Assembly (NCBI GenBank): GCA_028704015.1
Contig: JAQVLT010000001.1
Span: 39,484-103,483 of the forward strand
Source: Patescibacteria group bacterium
GTDB lineage: Bacteria; Patescibacteriota; Patescibacteriia; Patescibacteriales; JAQVLT01
DNA: 64,000 bases
Direction: 5' to 3'
Shown here: in pieces, positions 53,190-64,000 of the stretch
How the letters are laid out: each line of letters starts with the position of its first letter
Position numbering within the stretch: the stretch's first letter is position 1
Notes under the pieces: generated by a model
What the model was told of the DNA's origin: nothing
Seen by the model: the letters and a program-made list of their open reading frames with translations, nothing else
Database searches by the model: none
Program-made: the position numbers and the translations under genes

Positions 53190-54344
53190 ATGAAACCAAC
53201 AATTTTTTCCGGCGTACAACCAAGCGGCAATCTGCATATCGGCAATTATCTGGGCGCGATCTCCCAGTGGGTGGTAATGCAGGAAAAAAACAACTGCATC
53301 TTCTGCGTGGTTGATTATCATGCCATCACGGTCAAACAAAATCCCGAGGAGTTGAAAAAACGAATTTTAGAAATTGCCAAAATTTATATCGCCTCCGGCA
53401 TTGATCCAAAAAAATCCGTCATCTTCAAACAATCCGACATCACCGCGCACACTGAATTAGCGTGGATTTTGAATTGCGCAGCCGCGCGAATGAGCGATTT
53501 GGAAAAAATGACTCAATATAAAGACAAATCTGGAATATTGAAAAAAAACGAAAAACTAATAAACCATATAACTGCCGAGTTGCTTAAAAAAATAAATATT
53601 TCTTGCAAACAGCACGAAAATAAAAGATATCTACCAACAGAAACTTTTATATCTGAAAAACAGCTAAACGAAGCCGCACATGACGTTATTAATAAAGTCA
53701 ATGAAGATGCTTTAAAAAATATCAGCGTTGGTTTATTTGATTATCCAGTTTTGATGGCGGCGGATATTTTACTTTATAATACCGATGCCGTGCCGGTCGG
53801 CGACGATCAATCACAACACGTGGAACTTTGCCGCACTTTGGCGGAAAGATTCAACCACCAATTCGGTGAGACTTTCAAAATCCCCGCGCTGGTAGTCAGG
53901 AAAGAAGGCGCGCGCATCATGGGACTTAATGACCCGACAAAAAAAATGAGTAAAAGCGCCACGAGCGTAGCAAATTATATTGCCCTAAACGATGACCCGA
54001 AAGTCGCAGCCAAAAAAATTATGCGCGCCACCACTGATTCTGAATCAGTGATAAAATTTGATAAAGAAAATAAGCCGGGCATTTCCAATCTTCTGACAAT
54101 TTATTCTCTGCTTACCGCCAAGAGCGTTAAAGAATTAGAAAAACATTACGAAGGCAAGGGCTACGGTAATTTCAAAAAAGACTTGGCGGAAATTGTCGCG
54201 GAATTTTTGAAAAAATTTCAGGCTAACTACAATGAAATTTCTGACGCGGAAGTAAAAAAGATTATGGAAAAAGGCGCGGACAAAATCCGACCGATCGCCG
54301 AAGAAACAATTAAAAAAGTTAAAGAGAGAATTGGAGTGATTTAA
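53190..54344 (+). CDS. trpS: tryptophan--tRNA ligase with a ~60-aa internal insertion
   Basis: SGVQPSGNLHIGNY, YPVLMAADILLY, KMSKS. Confidence 0.9.
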   Translation: MKPTIFSGVQPSGNLHIGNYLGAISQWVVMQEKNNCIFCVVDYHAITVKQNPEELKKRILEIAKIYIASGIDPKKSVIFKQSDITAHTELAWILNCAAARMSDLEKMTQYKDKSGILKKNEKLINHITAELLKKINISCKQHENKRYLPTETFISEKQLNEAAHDVINKVNEDALKNISVGLFDYPVLMAADILLYNTDAVPVGDDQSQHVELCRTLAERFNHQFGETFKIPALVVRKEGARIMGLNDPTKKMSKSATSVANYIALNDDPKVAAKKIMRATTDSESVIKFDKENKPGISNLLTIYSLLTAKSVKELEKHYEGKGYGNFKKDLAEIVAEFLKKFQANYNEISDAEVKKIMEKGADKIRPIAEETIKKVKERIGVI

Positions 54345-54380
54345 TTACACATCACATAACTCATACCACATAACAATTTT

Positions 54381-54414
54381 AAAGGCGGCATTCGCAGATG
54401 CCGCCTTTGTTTTG
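54381..54414. terminator. hairpin terminator between convergent genes
   Basis: aaaggcggcat/atgccgccttt stem, then gtttt. Confidence 0.7.
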
Positions 54415-54437
54415 GCGCGCCGGTGATAGCGCACTTT

Positions 54438-55208
54438 TCAAGTCAATATCATGGCTGGCGGCCACGCAATCACGTGACCGTCGGATTGGATGGCATAGTT
54501 ATTTTCGGCCAAAACCTGTCTTGAAATATCTTCGAGATTACGCCCGAATTTATTCCAAAAAAACTTTCTCGTTTCCTGGCCAAAACATCCGTCCGCCTCC
54601 AAACCATTGGCTCGCTGAAAAGCAGAAATGGTTGCGGCCAATCCTTCATCAAAAACAGTATTCAGAAGATACCCTTTGCAATATTCTGTGCCAATAAAAA
54701 GGCATTTGAGTAAGAAGGTCGACGGCCCGGTCGTGAATCCTGCCGGGCTGGTGTGAGATCCTTGCCAGTCCATGTAGGTTGGCAGAAGCCGATAAAGTCC
54801 GCCCGGAGTTCGGCTATTTTCATGCTGGGGCAAGATTATTCCGGAATGGGGCGGCCACAAAATAATTTCCCCATTCGGTTGCAATGCCACATCAGGCATA
54901 TGCAATACCGTATATGGAACGGCATCGAGGTTAATACCAAAGTGGACATAAAATTTTTGCCTTGTTGCTTGGCCAAAATTTCCGTCCGCCTCGATGTAAA
55001 CCGCGCTTTGAAAACTGGAAATTGCCTTTTCCAGCAACTTGCAATATTCAGTGTTAAGTTTATGGCCGAAATCAAACTTCGTTCCTAAAAAAATGCACTT
55101 CAAAACAAAAACACTCACCCCAGTCGTCTTTAAAATAATCTCGGGATGATTCCCGGGTGAGTCCATAAAAGGGGGCAACACTGAATAAAAACTGTTTTGT
55201 CTTTGCAT
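54438..55208 (-). CDS. hypothetical protein with two tandem ~120-aa repeats, each with a peptidoglycan-binding-like motif (GC-rich cassette)
   Basis: ISSFQSAVYIEADGNFGQATRQKF and ISAFQRANGLEADGCFGQETRKFF. AAGGAG lies 7 nt before the ATG. Confidence 0.5.
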   Translation of the reverse strand: MQRQNSFYSVLPPFMDSPGNHPEIILKTTGVSVFVLKCIFLGTKFDFGHKLNTEYCKLLEKAISSFQSAVYIEADGNFGQATRQKFYVHFGINLDAVPYTVLHMPDVALQPNGEIILWPPHSGIILPQHENSRTPGGLYRLLPTYMDWQGSHTSPAGFTTGPSTFLLKCLFIGTEYCKGYLLNTVFDEGLAATISAFQRANGLEADGCFGQETRKFFWNKFGRNLEDISRQVLAENNYAIQSDGHVIAWPPAMILT

Positions 55209-55369
55209 GGCTTTTCTCCTTGTGTTTTAGGGTTTTATTATTAAAGGTGCATTTTTCTCTTTACATCCTAAAAACATTATATTAAACTATAAATGAGTGG
55301 CCAATATCACCCTGTGGCGATAGATAACACCAAAGATACTAATAAAAATTTTATTTAATATTAGCTAAT

Positions 55370-56122
55370 ATGTACGAAAAAACTCTTGAATCATTAGGAC
55401 TTTCCCCTAATGAAGCAAAAATTTATGAATCTTTAATTGACTTAGGCAAAGCGCCAGTGTCAAAAATTGCGGTGAAAAGTAATACTCACCGACGCAATGT
55501 CTATGACGCTTTAGCCCGCCTCTTGGAAAAAGGTCTGGTTTTTCAGATCTTTCAAAAAGGCGAACATATTTATGAAGCCGTAAATCCCGACAAACTTTCT
55601 GAACTGCTGCAAGAAAAACGAAAGCAATTAGATTTGATTATGCCGGGACTTAAAAATCTTTATCAAAAACAATTCACCGAGGAAACAGCTTTTATTTATA
55701 AAGGCGTAGAAGGATTTAAAAATTATATGCGCGATATGGCGCGGGTCGGCAAGACAGTTTATTTCATCGGCGCCAAGGCGCTTTGGTTTACGCCAAATGT
55801 TCCGGAGCATTTTTTAACCAATTTCCAAAAATCAATGGCAAAAAATAAAGTTAAGTACTATACCATCTTTGATCCGCGCGTAAAAAAACAAATGCCGGAC
55901 GCGCTCGCCAAAGTAGGCGGTGAATATCGTATCTTCCCGGAAAAATATGCTTCACCCGGAGTTTGTGATATTTTTGGCGATTATGTCGTCACCTTTAATA
56001 GCGTTGATGTTGGCAACTTCGGCGATAGCGGCACAATTTTTGTAATGAAGAATAAAAAATTGGCCGAAAATTTTCGCCTCTGGTTTCAGTTCATGTGGGA
56101 CCATCTGCCGGAGGAGAAGTAA
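55370..56122 (+). CDS. TrmB-family transcriptional regulator (paralogue of 6753-7535)
   Basis: LESLGLSPNEAKIYESLIDLGKAPVSKIAVKSNTHRRNVYDALARLLEKGLV. Confidence 0.75.
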   Translation: MYEKTLESLGLSPNEAKIYESLIDLGKAPVSKIAVKSNTHRRNVYDALARLLEKGLVFQIFQKGEHIYEAVNPDKLSELLQEKRKQLDLIMPGLKNLYQKQFTEETAFIYKGVEGFKNYMRDMARVGKTVYFIGAKALWFTPNVPEHFLTNFQKSMAKNKVKYYTIFDPRVKKQMPDALAKVGGEYRIFPEKYASPGVCDIFGDYVVTFNSVDVGNFGDSGTIFVMKNKKLAENFRLWFQFMWDHLPEEK

Positions 56123-56125
56123 ACT

Positions 56126-56920
56126 ATGAGTAATATCGAAAAAATCAAACAAGCTAGTATCGCTTAATTTAGTTCTGATTATACTCGAAAAAAATACAAA
56201 GAAATTGGTGAGCGCGGCTTGTGGCAAAGCGAGGAAATTTTAATTAATAAATATTTTAAAACTCCGGCGAAAATTCTTGACATCGGTTGCGGCTCCGGTC
56301 GAGCGGCTTTTAATTTGTACAAAAAGGCTTCGCTGTAATTGGTATTGATATTACTCCGGCGATGATTGAAACAGCCAAAAAAATTTCCAGAGAAAAAAAC
56401 TTAACGATTGATTTTCAAATTGGCGATGCAACCAAACTTAATTTTTCTAAAAATTATTTTTGACAATGCAATTTTTGCGAATAACGGCTGGGTGCAAATC
56501 CCCGGTAAAACCAATCGCCAAAAAGCCTTGAATGAAATTTATCGTGTGCTTAAACCCGGCGGGATTTTTATCTTAACCGCGCATCAAAGATATTATTCAC
56601 TCTTAACGATATTCTTCTGGCTTAAACAATGGCTGAAATTTTATTTATTAAAACCACTTGGTTTTACGATTAAAGAAATAGATTTTGGTGATATGTTTTT
56701 CGTCCGGCCCTACAAAAAAGAAAATAAAAAAGTTCTACAATTTATTCATCTAACTAGCCAAAAAGAAGTGGAAGTACAAATCAAAAATTCCGGCTTTAAA
56801 TTACTTGAAAGAATAAAAATATCCGAACTTTCCCGGCAAGATGCAATCGAACGGCAATCTTCATTATCCAAACACTTCAACTCTTTTAAATCTCCAATTT
56901 TTTATATTTGCCAGAAATAA
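56126..56920 (+). pseudogene. class I SAM-dependent methyltransferase, disrupted
   Basis: In-frame TAA at 56165-56167. Frame change in the A5 run 56321-56325 and back in the T5 run ~56456-56460. The spliced reading gives [33 protein letters not shown]...LKPGGIFILTAH. Confidence 0.75.
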
Positions 56921-57392
56921 AAAAACACCATTTTCAGGTGCTACTAATAAAAGTGGGGAAGGGTGAGGCTCCTCAGGAAAGACGGAGCCCCACCACGCGC
57001 TAGATCTCTTTTTGGACTCAGACGTCCACAAGGTCCAGCGGTTGGTTGACGATCTCCCGGCTCTTTACTTAATTTTAAAAGTCATCAAACAAAAATACTT
57101 TTGTCGTATTTCATTTATTATTTTAAATTATCAGAAATATTTTTTGTATTTAATTTGGCTAAAAATAAATAAAACATTACCTCAAATAGTTGACAAATAT
57201 AAAATCTTATGCTAATTTATTTTATTCCCAAAAATTCAAACGAAAGGAGGGATAGTGTCATGACGTGGACCTGACAAGTACCTAAAAGTCTATCACCCCA
57301 CGCTTTTTAAAAAATTTTTCGGGCGCGAGAAATTTCCTTGAGAGAAAGGCGTGGTTCACAAAACCGCGCCAAATCTTGAAAGGAGAAATCTC

Positions 57393-58067
57393 ATGTCCAG
57401 ATTGGTCATGAAAAACAGGCAGAAGAATCTCGTCAGCAGTATCAGATTTGACAGGGGCGCCCTGTCAGTCAGCGGCGACTGGAAGGAGCTGGCGAAGAAA
57501 TTCTGCGCCTGGGAAGAAAATAGGCACTACGGTGACGGTCTTTTTCCCTTTCCTGGTGTGAACAGGCGGGGTTGCCGTCTGGTACGGTGCGGGCTGGCCT
57601 TCGGAATCAAGAACTTTTCCAGGGAAGACCTGGAGAAGCTTGAGCGGCCTGAAAAGAAGGACTACCTCCGGTACCAGCGGATAGTGGAAGCCGCCCGGGA
57701 GCTCGGGAGCCTGAGCCAGGCTTTGCGGTGGCTTAAAGATCTGGAAAGAAAAATCCAGAACGGAGCCAAACCCGCCGGCATCGCCAGCGATTTGGTGATG
57801 CTTATTTCCTCTCCGGAGGAAGCCAAGGACGAACAAGACAACCAGTGGTACAACCAGCACTGGCGCCTTTTCAACAAGGCAGTCTGGGAAACCGTCATGG
57901 CTCATCCCAAACTGATGGCTCGCTGCCGCAAAGCGCTCAAGGATAGCGACCGGCGCCATCACGAAGTCATCGGAGAGGAAGCCTTTGGGAGCATTCTCCG
58001 GAAGAACGATATTCCGGAATACTTGGCGGAATTTTTCAGCGCCAAACCCAAAGGCAACTGGTTTTAA
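57393..58067 (+). CDS. hypothetical protein (GC-rich ORFan cassette)
   Basis: ATG at 57393 with GAAAGGAG 7 nt upstream and its own terminator. No motif recognised. Confidence 0.45.
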   Translation: MSRLVMKNRQKNLVSSIRFDRGALSVSGDWKELAKKFCAWEENRHYGDGLFPFPGVNRRGCRLVRCGLAFGIKNFSREDLEKLERPEKKDYLRYQRIVEAARELGSLSQALRWLKDLERKIQNGAKPAGIASDLVMLISSPEEAKDEQDNQWYNQHWRLFNKAVWETVMAHPKLMARCRKALKDSDRRHHEVIGEEAFGSILRKNDIPEYLAEFFSAKPKGNWF

Positions 58068-58083
58068 ACGGTCGTAAAATTCA

Positions 58084-58111
58084 AGAGAGCCTGACCAGCT
58101 CTCTTTTTTTA
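58084..58111 (+). terminator. rho-independent terminator
   Basis: aagagagc/gctctctt stem plus a T7 run. Confidence 0.7.
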
Positions 58112-58195
58112 TACAAAAAACAACCTACTAAATCAGCAAGTTGTTTTTTTATTTGAGAACTTTCTACTTTATAACTTTATACTTTCAACTTCGTT

Positions 58196-58222
58196 ATATT
58201 TTAGTATTAATAGGCACCAAAC
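58196..58222. promoter_or_regulatory. 3'-flank half of the 16S processing stem
   Basis: atattttagtattaataggcaccaaac is complementary, with a few mismatches, to 59933-59959. Confidence 0.6.
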
Positions 58223-58342
58223 AGCTTCTGTCCCGAAAGACAAAAACTTCGACTGCCGAAGTTATAAAGTAAAAAGTAGAAAGTATAAAGTAAACTTTAA
58301 ACTTTCTAACTTTAAAACTTTTAACTCCAGCGTGTCTCCCTA

Positions 58343-59826
<1,484 letters not shown>

Positions 59827-59932
59827 GTATTGAAAGTTTTTATACTTTCAATTTTTGAGTTTTATAGCTCTTAGCAAATTTTTTAAAAAAACTTGCAAAA
59901 AATATTTGAAGAAATAAATCTTCTATAATTAG

Positions 59933-59959
59933 GTTTGGCGCCTATTAGCACTAAAATAT
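59933..59959. promoter_or_regulatory. 5'-flank half of the 16S processing stem
   Basis: gtttggcgcctattagcactaaaatat pairs with 58196-58222. Confidence 0.6.
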
Positions 59960-60254
59960 CTAATAGGTTGCATAGTATTAAATTGTTAAAGTTCCTAAAC
60001 CTTCGTACAAATTGACGAAAGAAAAACAGGGATATTAAATCTTAATATCACTGTCTTTCTCTTGAATTTGCTATATTGTAGCCAATTTTAGCTATTCAAA
60101 ATTTGTTGCGGTTTTAAATTTATTCAATTAATCGTAAATCTATATTAAACAATTTTTAAAATACTGTCAAGGGCGACTATTAACAAGCTATCAACAGGGA
60201 AAATTTATAAAAAATGAGGGTTGATTTTACCCTCAGGAAGAAAACAGACGAAGC

Positions 60255-60611
60255 TTACATCTTCACCCATTTTGTAATAAATCCCGCCATTCCCTTTTTG
60301 TGGGAATAGTATCCGTATCTGGTACTCTTGGGAGAAAGACCACAACAAATTACATATCCCATCCCACGCATTGTACTGGCGGCTGAGATATAGGCCATTT
60401 CCCTAGACTCGGCGTAGGCCTTCCAAGCGTTGTACCATGTCCAAAAATCATTATCACTAGCTGGCGCTTTATCAGCTGGTATATCGGTTTTTTTACAAGC
60501 AATATACAGCTGGCCAAATTTTCCGTCAGGCTCAATTATGGCCCAGACTTGGAACATCGCACTTCCGGATTCAAACATAATTGTTTCGGGTTGTTCTTTT
60601 TTTTGACGCAT
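60255..60611 (-). CDS. hypothetical protein (GC-rich ORFan cassette)
   Basis: 118-aa ORF with AAGGAGGAG 6 nt before the ATG. Confidence 0.45.
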   Translation of the reverse strand: MRQKKEQPETIMFESGSAMFQVWAIIEPDGKFGQLYIACKKTDIPADKAPASDNDFWTWYNAWKAYAESREMAYISAASTMRGMGYVICCGLSPKSTRYGYYSHKKGMAGFITKWVKM

Positions 60612-60795
60612 GGTCTCTCCTCCTTGGCATTAAAAGATCAATACAAAAAAATCATATTAATAAAACTATAACAGTTTATGTTAATTCGCGCAATTGAAAA
60701 AAAATTAAAAATACGATACTCTGTATTATAGAAGTCAAATTTAAGAAATCGCTGAAAATTTCTTAAATTCTAAATCCTAAATCTAAAATAATTAT

Positions 60796-61827
60796 ATGAC
60801 CAACGAAGACAAAAAGGAGACAAACGACAAGGAGGCAAAATTTGATGCGGCTATGGCGGCCATGGATCAAATCAAACAGCGATTTGGCGAGGGCGCGATT
60901 ATGAAATTCGGCGATGCCAGAAAATCTGACGTGGACGCAGTCCCGACTGGCTGTCTTTCACTGGATATCGCTCTGGGAATTGGTGGCGTACCGCGTGGAA
61001 GAATTATTGAAGTTTTTGGACCAGAAGCATCGGGCAAAACTACATTAGCGCAACACATTGTTTCTGAGGTGCAGAAACTCGGAGGCATTGCGGCCTTTGT
61101 TGATGCCGAGCATGCGCTTGATCCTGACTATGCTGCAAAAATCGGGGTAGATGTAAAAAATTTATTAATCTCCCAGCCCGATACCGGAGAACAAGCGCTG
61201 GATATCGTTGAAACTCTTGTGCGTTCCAACGCGGTTGACGTAATCGTTGTTGACAGCGTTGCCGCGCTTGTGCCGCAAAAAGAAATTGAAGGCGATATGG
61301 GGGACCAACACATGGGGCTCCAGGCAAGATTAATGAGCCAAGCACTTAGAAAATTAACCGGCGCCGTTGCCAAATCAAAAACTGTAGTAATTTTTATTAA
61401 CCAAATCCGCATGAAAATCGGCGTTTTCTTTGGCAACCCGGAAACCACTACCGGAGGAAATGCGTTAAAATTTTATTCCTCAGTAAGAATTGAGGTCAGG
61501 CGCGCCGCGCAAATCAAACAAGGCGAAAAAATAATCGGCAACCGTGTCAAAGTTAAAGTAGTAAAAAACAAAGTTGCCGCACCATTTCGCACTTGCGAAT
61601 TTGATATTATGTATAACGAGGGAATTTCAGTGTCGGGTGATCTGATTGACTCTGGCGTAGCATATGGCGCGATAAACAAATCGGGAAATAGTTATACCTT
61701 TGGTGATATTAAATTAGGTGTTGGGCGAGAAAATGCCAAGCGTTTTCTGCGCGCCGACAAAAAATTAATGAAAGAAATTCGCAAACGGATTTGGGCGGAA
61801 GTAAAAGCGAAGGAATTGGAAGAGTAA
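60796..61827 (+). CDS. recA: recombinase RecA
   Basis: [33 protein letters not shown]. Confidence 0.97.
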   Translation: MTNEDKKETNDKEAKFDAAMAAMDQIKQRFGEGAIMKFGDARKSDVDAVPTGCLSLDIALGIGGVPRGRIIEVFGPEASGKTTLAQHIVSEVQKLGGIAAFVDAEHALDPDYAAKIGVDVKNLLISQPDTGEQALDIVETLVRSNAVDVIVVDSVAALVPQKEIEGDMGDQHMGLQARLMSQALRKLTGAVAKSKTVVIFINQIRMKIGVFFGNPETTTGGNALKFYSSVRIEVRRAAQIKQGEKIIGNRVKVKVVKNKVAAPFRTCEFDIMYNEGISVSGDLIDSGVAYGAINKSGNSYTFGDIKLGVGRENAKRFLRADKKLMKEIRKRIWAEVKAKELEE

Positions 61828-61839
61828 AAATATTATCAT

Positions 61840-61870
61840 AAAAAAATCTGGCAAGAGCCAGATTTTTTTA
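61840..61870. terminator. bidirectional hairpin terminator
   Basis: atctggc-aaga-gccagat between an A-run and a T-run. Confidence 0.75.
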
Positions 61871-61896
61871 TACTTTAATTTTACATTTTGATTTCT

Positions 61897-62454
61897 CTAC
61901 GCTCTCCCTGTATATTCACCATCTTCGGTATTGATAATTATTTCGTCACCTTCATTAATAAACATCGGTACAGCAATTTTTGCTCCGGTTTCCAACTCTA
62001 CGATTTTATTAACATTGCCAGCGGAATTACCTTTTACGCCCGGAGGAGCACTTAATACTTTTAATTTCATTTTAATAGGTAAAGATACAGCTACCGGACG
62101 ATCCTCAAAATATAATACATCAGCATCGGTTCCTTCTTTCAAATAAATAATCTGCTCGCCAACCTGATCCAAGGGAAAACTGAACTGCTCAAAACTTACA
62201 TTATCCATAAAATACACTTCGTTATCATCTTTGTATAAATAATTTCCTTTCTTGGTTTCAGTTTCCGCTTCTTCAGCCTTATCACTGCCCTGGAAAGTTT
62301 TTTCCAAAAGATTGCCGGTAATTAAATTTTTTAATTTGGTTTTCAAAACCGCTCCCCCGCGTCCCATTTTATGATGATCGGTTTTTATTAATACATATGG
62401 CTCATTATTAATTCTAATAACTTTGCCAACTTTTATTTCGTTTAAAGCTAACAT
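61897..62454 (-). CDS. efp: elongation factor P
   Basis: HHKMGRGGAVLKTKLKNLITG. Confidence 0.9.
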   Translation of the reverse strand: MLALNEIKVGKVIRINNEPYVLIKTDHHKMGRGGAVLKTKLKNLITGNLLEKTFQGSDKAEEAETETKKGNYLYKDDNEVYFMDNVSFEQFSFPLDQVGEQIIYLKEGTDADVLYFEDRPVAVSLPIKMKLKVLSAPPGVKGNSAGNVNKIVELETGAKIAVPMFINEGDEIIINTEDGEYTGRA

Positions 62455-62537
62455 TTAATTGATTGGTTGCTTAGTTAATCGGTTAAATAGTTAATTAACA
62501 AAAAACTAGTTAACTAATCAACCATGCAACTATTAAA

Positions 62538-62765
62538 CTACTTATGAGTAAAGCCAATTAACGCCATAATGCGAGCGCGCTTCACAGCAGATGATAATTT
62601 TCTCTGATGCCATGAGCAGACGCCGGTTCTTTTGCGCGGCAAAATCTGACGGTGAAAATTTATAAAACGGTTGAGTAATCCAACATTTTTATAATCCACC
62701 TCGCGCAAATTATTTTCGCAAAAATGACAAGTCTTTACTTTTTTTATTGCTGGTGTGTTTTCCAT
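62538..62765 (-). CDS. rpsR: 30S ribosomal protein S18
   Basis: CHFCENNLREVDYKNVGLLNRFI...RKRTGVCSWHQRKLSSAVKRAR. ATG at 62765. Confidence 0.9.
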   Translation of the reverse strand: MENTPAIKKVKTCHFCENNLREVDYKNVGLLNRFINFHRQILPRKRTGVCSWHQRKLSSAVKRARIMALIGFTHK

Positions 62766-62838
62766 AATACAAATAGTAAACAATAATTGCGCTTCGCGCA
62801 CAAATTAAATAATTTTACTGTTTACTTTTTACTGTTTA

Positions 62839-63369
62839 TTAAAAAGGAATATTTTCTACTTTTATTTCCTCCTCGCTGACGCCAAAATCATCAGAGGACA
62901 TTCCGTTAGCCGGTTCGTTAATATCAATTATCGGTTCGGGGCTAACAAATGGCTGTTCGATTGGCGCGGCATAAGAAGAGTTGCTTCTAGGAGCTTGGGA
63001 TAAAGGTGAATTTGATCCTCCCGCGCGATCAAGCATTATCATATTTTCTGTAACAATTTCTGTGCGATATCTTTTGACGCCGTCTTGGCCAACCCAATCT
63101 CGCGTCTGTAATCTGCCTTCAATAAAAACCTTGGAGCCTTTTTTCAGATATTGACCGCAAATTTCCGCCAACCTTCTCCATGCGACTATATTATGAAATT
63201 CAACCTTCTCCTGTTTCTGACCGCTTTGATCAGTCCAGATAAAATTAGTGGCAACAGCGAAAGAAGCAACTGTCTGCCCATTAGGCGTATTTCTTACTTC
63301 TGGATCACGGGTCAAGTTCCCGATGATCATTGCTTTGTTGAGGTTCATAGTTTTTAGCTTGTTTGCCAT
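62839..63369 (-). CDS. ssb: single-stranded DNA-binding protein
   Basis: NKAMIIGNLTRDPEVR...FHNIVAWRRLAE and C-terminal acidic tip EEEIKVENIPF. ATG at 63369. Confidence 0.9.
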   Translation of the reverse strand: MANKLKTMNLNKAMIIGNLTRDPEVRNTPNGQTVASFAVATNFIWTDQSGQKQEKVEFHNIVAWRRLAEICGQYLKKGSKVFIEGRLQTRDWVGQDGVKRYRTEIVTENMIMLDRAGGSNSPLSQAPRSNSSYAAPIEQPFVSPEPIIDINEPANGMSSDDFGVSEEEIKVENIPF

Positions 63370-63433
63370 GGGAATAACTCCCAAGCTAAACAATAATTTT
63401 ATTATTTAATTTTAAATTCTTGATTTTTTACTT

Positions 63434-63925
63434 TTAAATTAAATCGTCAGTGTCTAAGATTTTATCCAGCTTTTCATCTAGATCTTTCAAATCCATCTTC
63501 TTCTTTTTCTTATCTTCTATTTTTTTCTCTTCAATTTTTTCATCTAATTCTTTTTTCTCCATACTTTTCGCGGCGATTTTTTCCGCGATTTTTTTATCTC
63601 TTGCCAATTCTTCTTCAGTCTTTATTTCTTTTTTGATAATCTGATGGCGAAGTACGTCGCTAGCCATACGAAGCACTTTATTTATTTTTGCCAAATTCAT
63701 CGGCGCCACATCAAATTCTACTAATTGATAATAACCATGATTAAACTTTTTAATCTGATAAGCAAGCTTTTTTTTGCCCCAATTGGCAAATAAAGTTATA
63801 ACCCCGCCATTGTCGGTGATAATTGTTTTTACTTTATCACCAACCTTGATTGCCTCCTCATCAGTAAATTTGTTTGGGATAATATAAAGCATCTCATAAT
63901 GCTCTAATTTTTTTTCTTCTGTCAT
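63434..63925 (-). CDS. rpsF: 30S ribosomal protein S6 with a Lys/Glu-rich C-terminal extension
   Basis: YEMLYIIPNKF...WGKKKLAYQIKKFNHGYY. Confidence 0.85.
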   Translation of the reverse strand: MTEEKKLEHYEMLYIIPNKFTDEEAIKVGDKVKTIITDNGGVITLFANWGKKKLAYQIKKFNHGYYQLVEFDVAPMNLAKINKVLRMASDVLRHQIIKKEIKTEEELARDKKIAEKIAAKSMEKKELDEKIEEKKIEDKKKKKMDLKDLDEKLDKILDTDDLI

Positions 63926-64000
63926 AAATATTATTACAAATTCACAAATAAATCACAAATAACACAAATATTTTTTATTTTAATTAGAAACTTATACTTG

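Noticed and set aside
57465-57962. 165-aa and 78-aa minus-strand ORFs antisense to 57393-58067
   Set aside because: Long antisense ORFs are expected in GC-rich DNA. The plus-strand frame has an SD plus ATG and a downstream terminator, and the minus-strand frames have neither.
58070-58342. 23S/5S rRNA or tRNA genes downstream of the 16S
   Set aside because: Only word-repeat inverted repeats and one half of the processing stem are present. Nothing here is rRNA- or tRNA-like.

Overview
AT-rich bacterial chromosome segment (about one-third GC by eye) with very short intergenic spacers and most genes on the minus strand. Core content: polA, rnj, infC-rpmI-rplT, secG, tmRNA plus smpB, tig, nusA, recA, efp, rpsF-ssb-rpsR, trpS, gpmI, an aldolase, a polyamine cluster, six intact tRNAs, and one 16S rRNA with no 23S next to it. 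This fits a reduced-genome bacterium of the CPR/Patescibacteria kind, but I cannot verify taxonomy without a search. The main accessory feature is an ~11.2 kb integrated element (about 31.2-42.5 kb) at a tRNA-His locus. It carries a large serine recombinase, a decayed phage capsid gene, a multi-HTH/PD-(D/E)XK-like gene, and a tight four-gene minus-strand operon. That operon encodes a non-intron reverse transcriptase (FADD), an Rx4H HEPN-type protein, an HNH nuclease and a possible winged-helix protein. I regard it as the best candidate for an undescribed RT-based defence system. Other recurring signals: (i) short GC-rich palindromes, some read through in frame inside murD and a TrmH-like gene; (ii) decayed tRNA copies next to tRNA-Ala, tRNA-Arg and tRNA-His, two with the anticodon arm replaced by a GC hairpin; (iii) two homologous ~200-nt GC-rich noncoding elements with an apparently covarying helix; (iv) seven GC-rich single-gene ORFan cassettes with strong Shine-Dalgarno sites in a genome whose core genes mostly lack them; (v) spacer-specific word-repeat hairpins. 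All family assignments come from motif recognition by eye; no searches were run.
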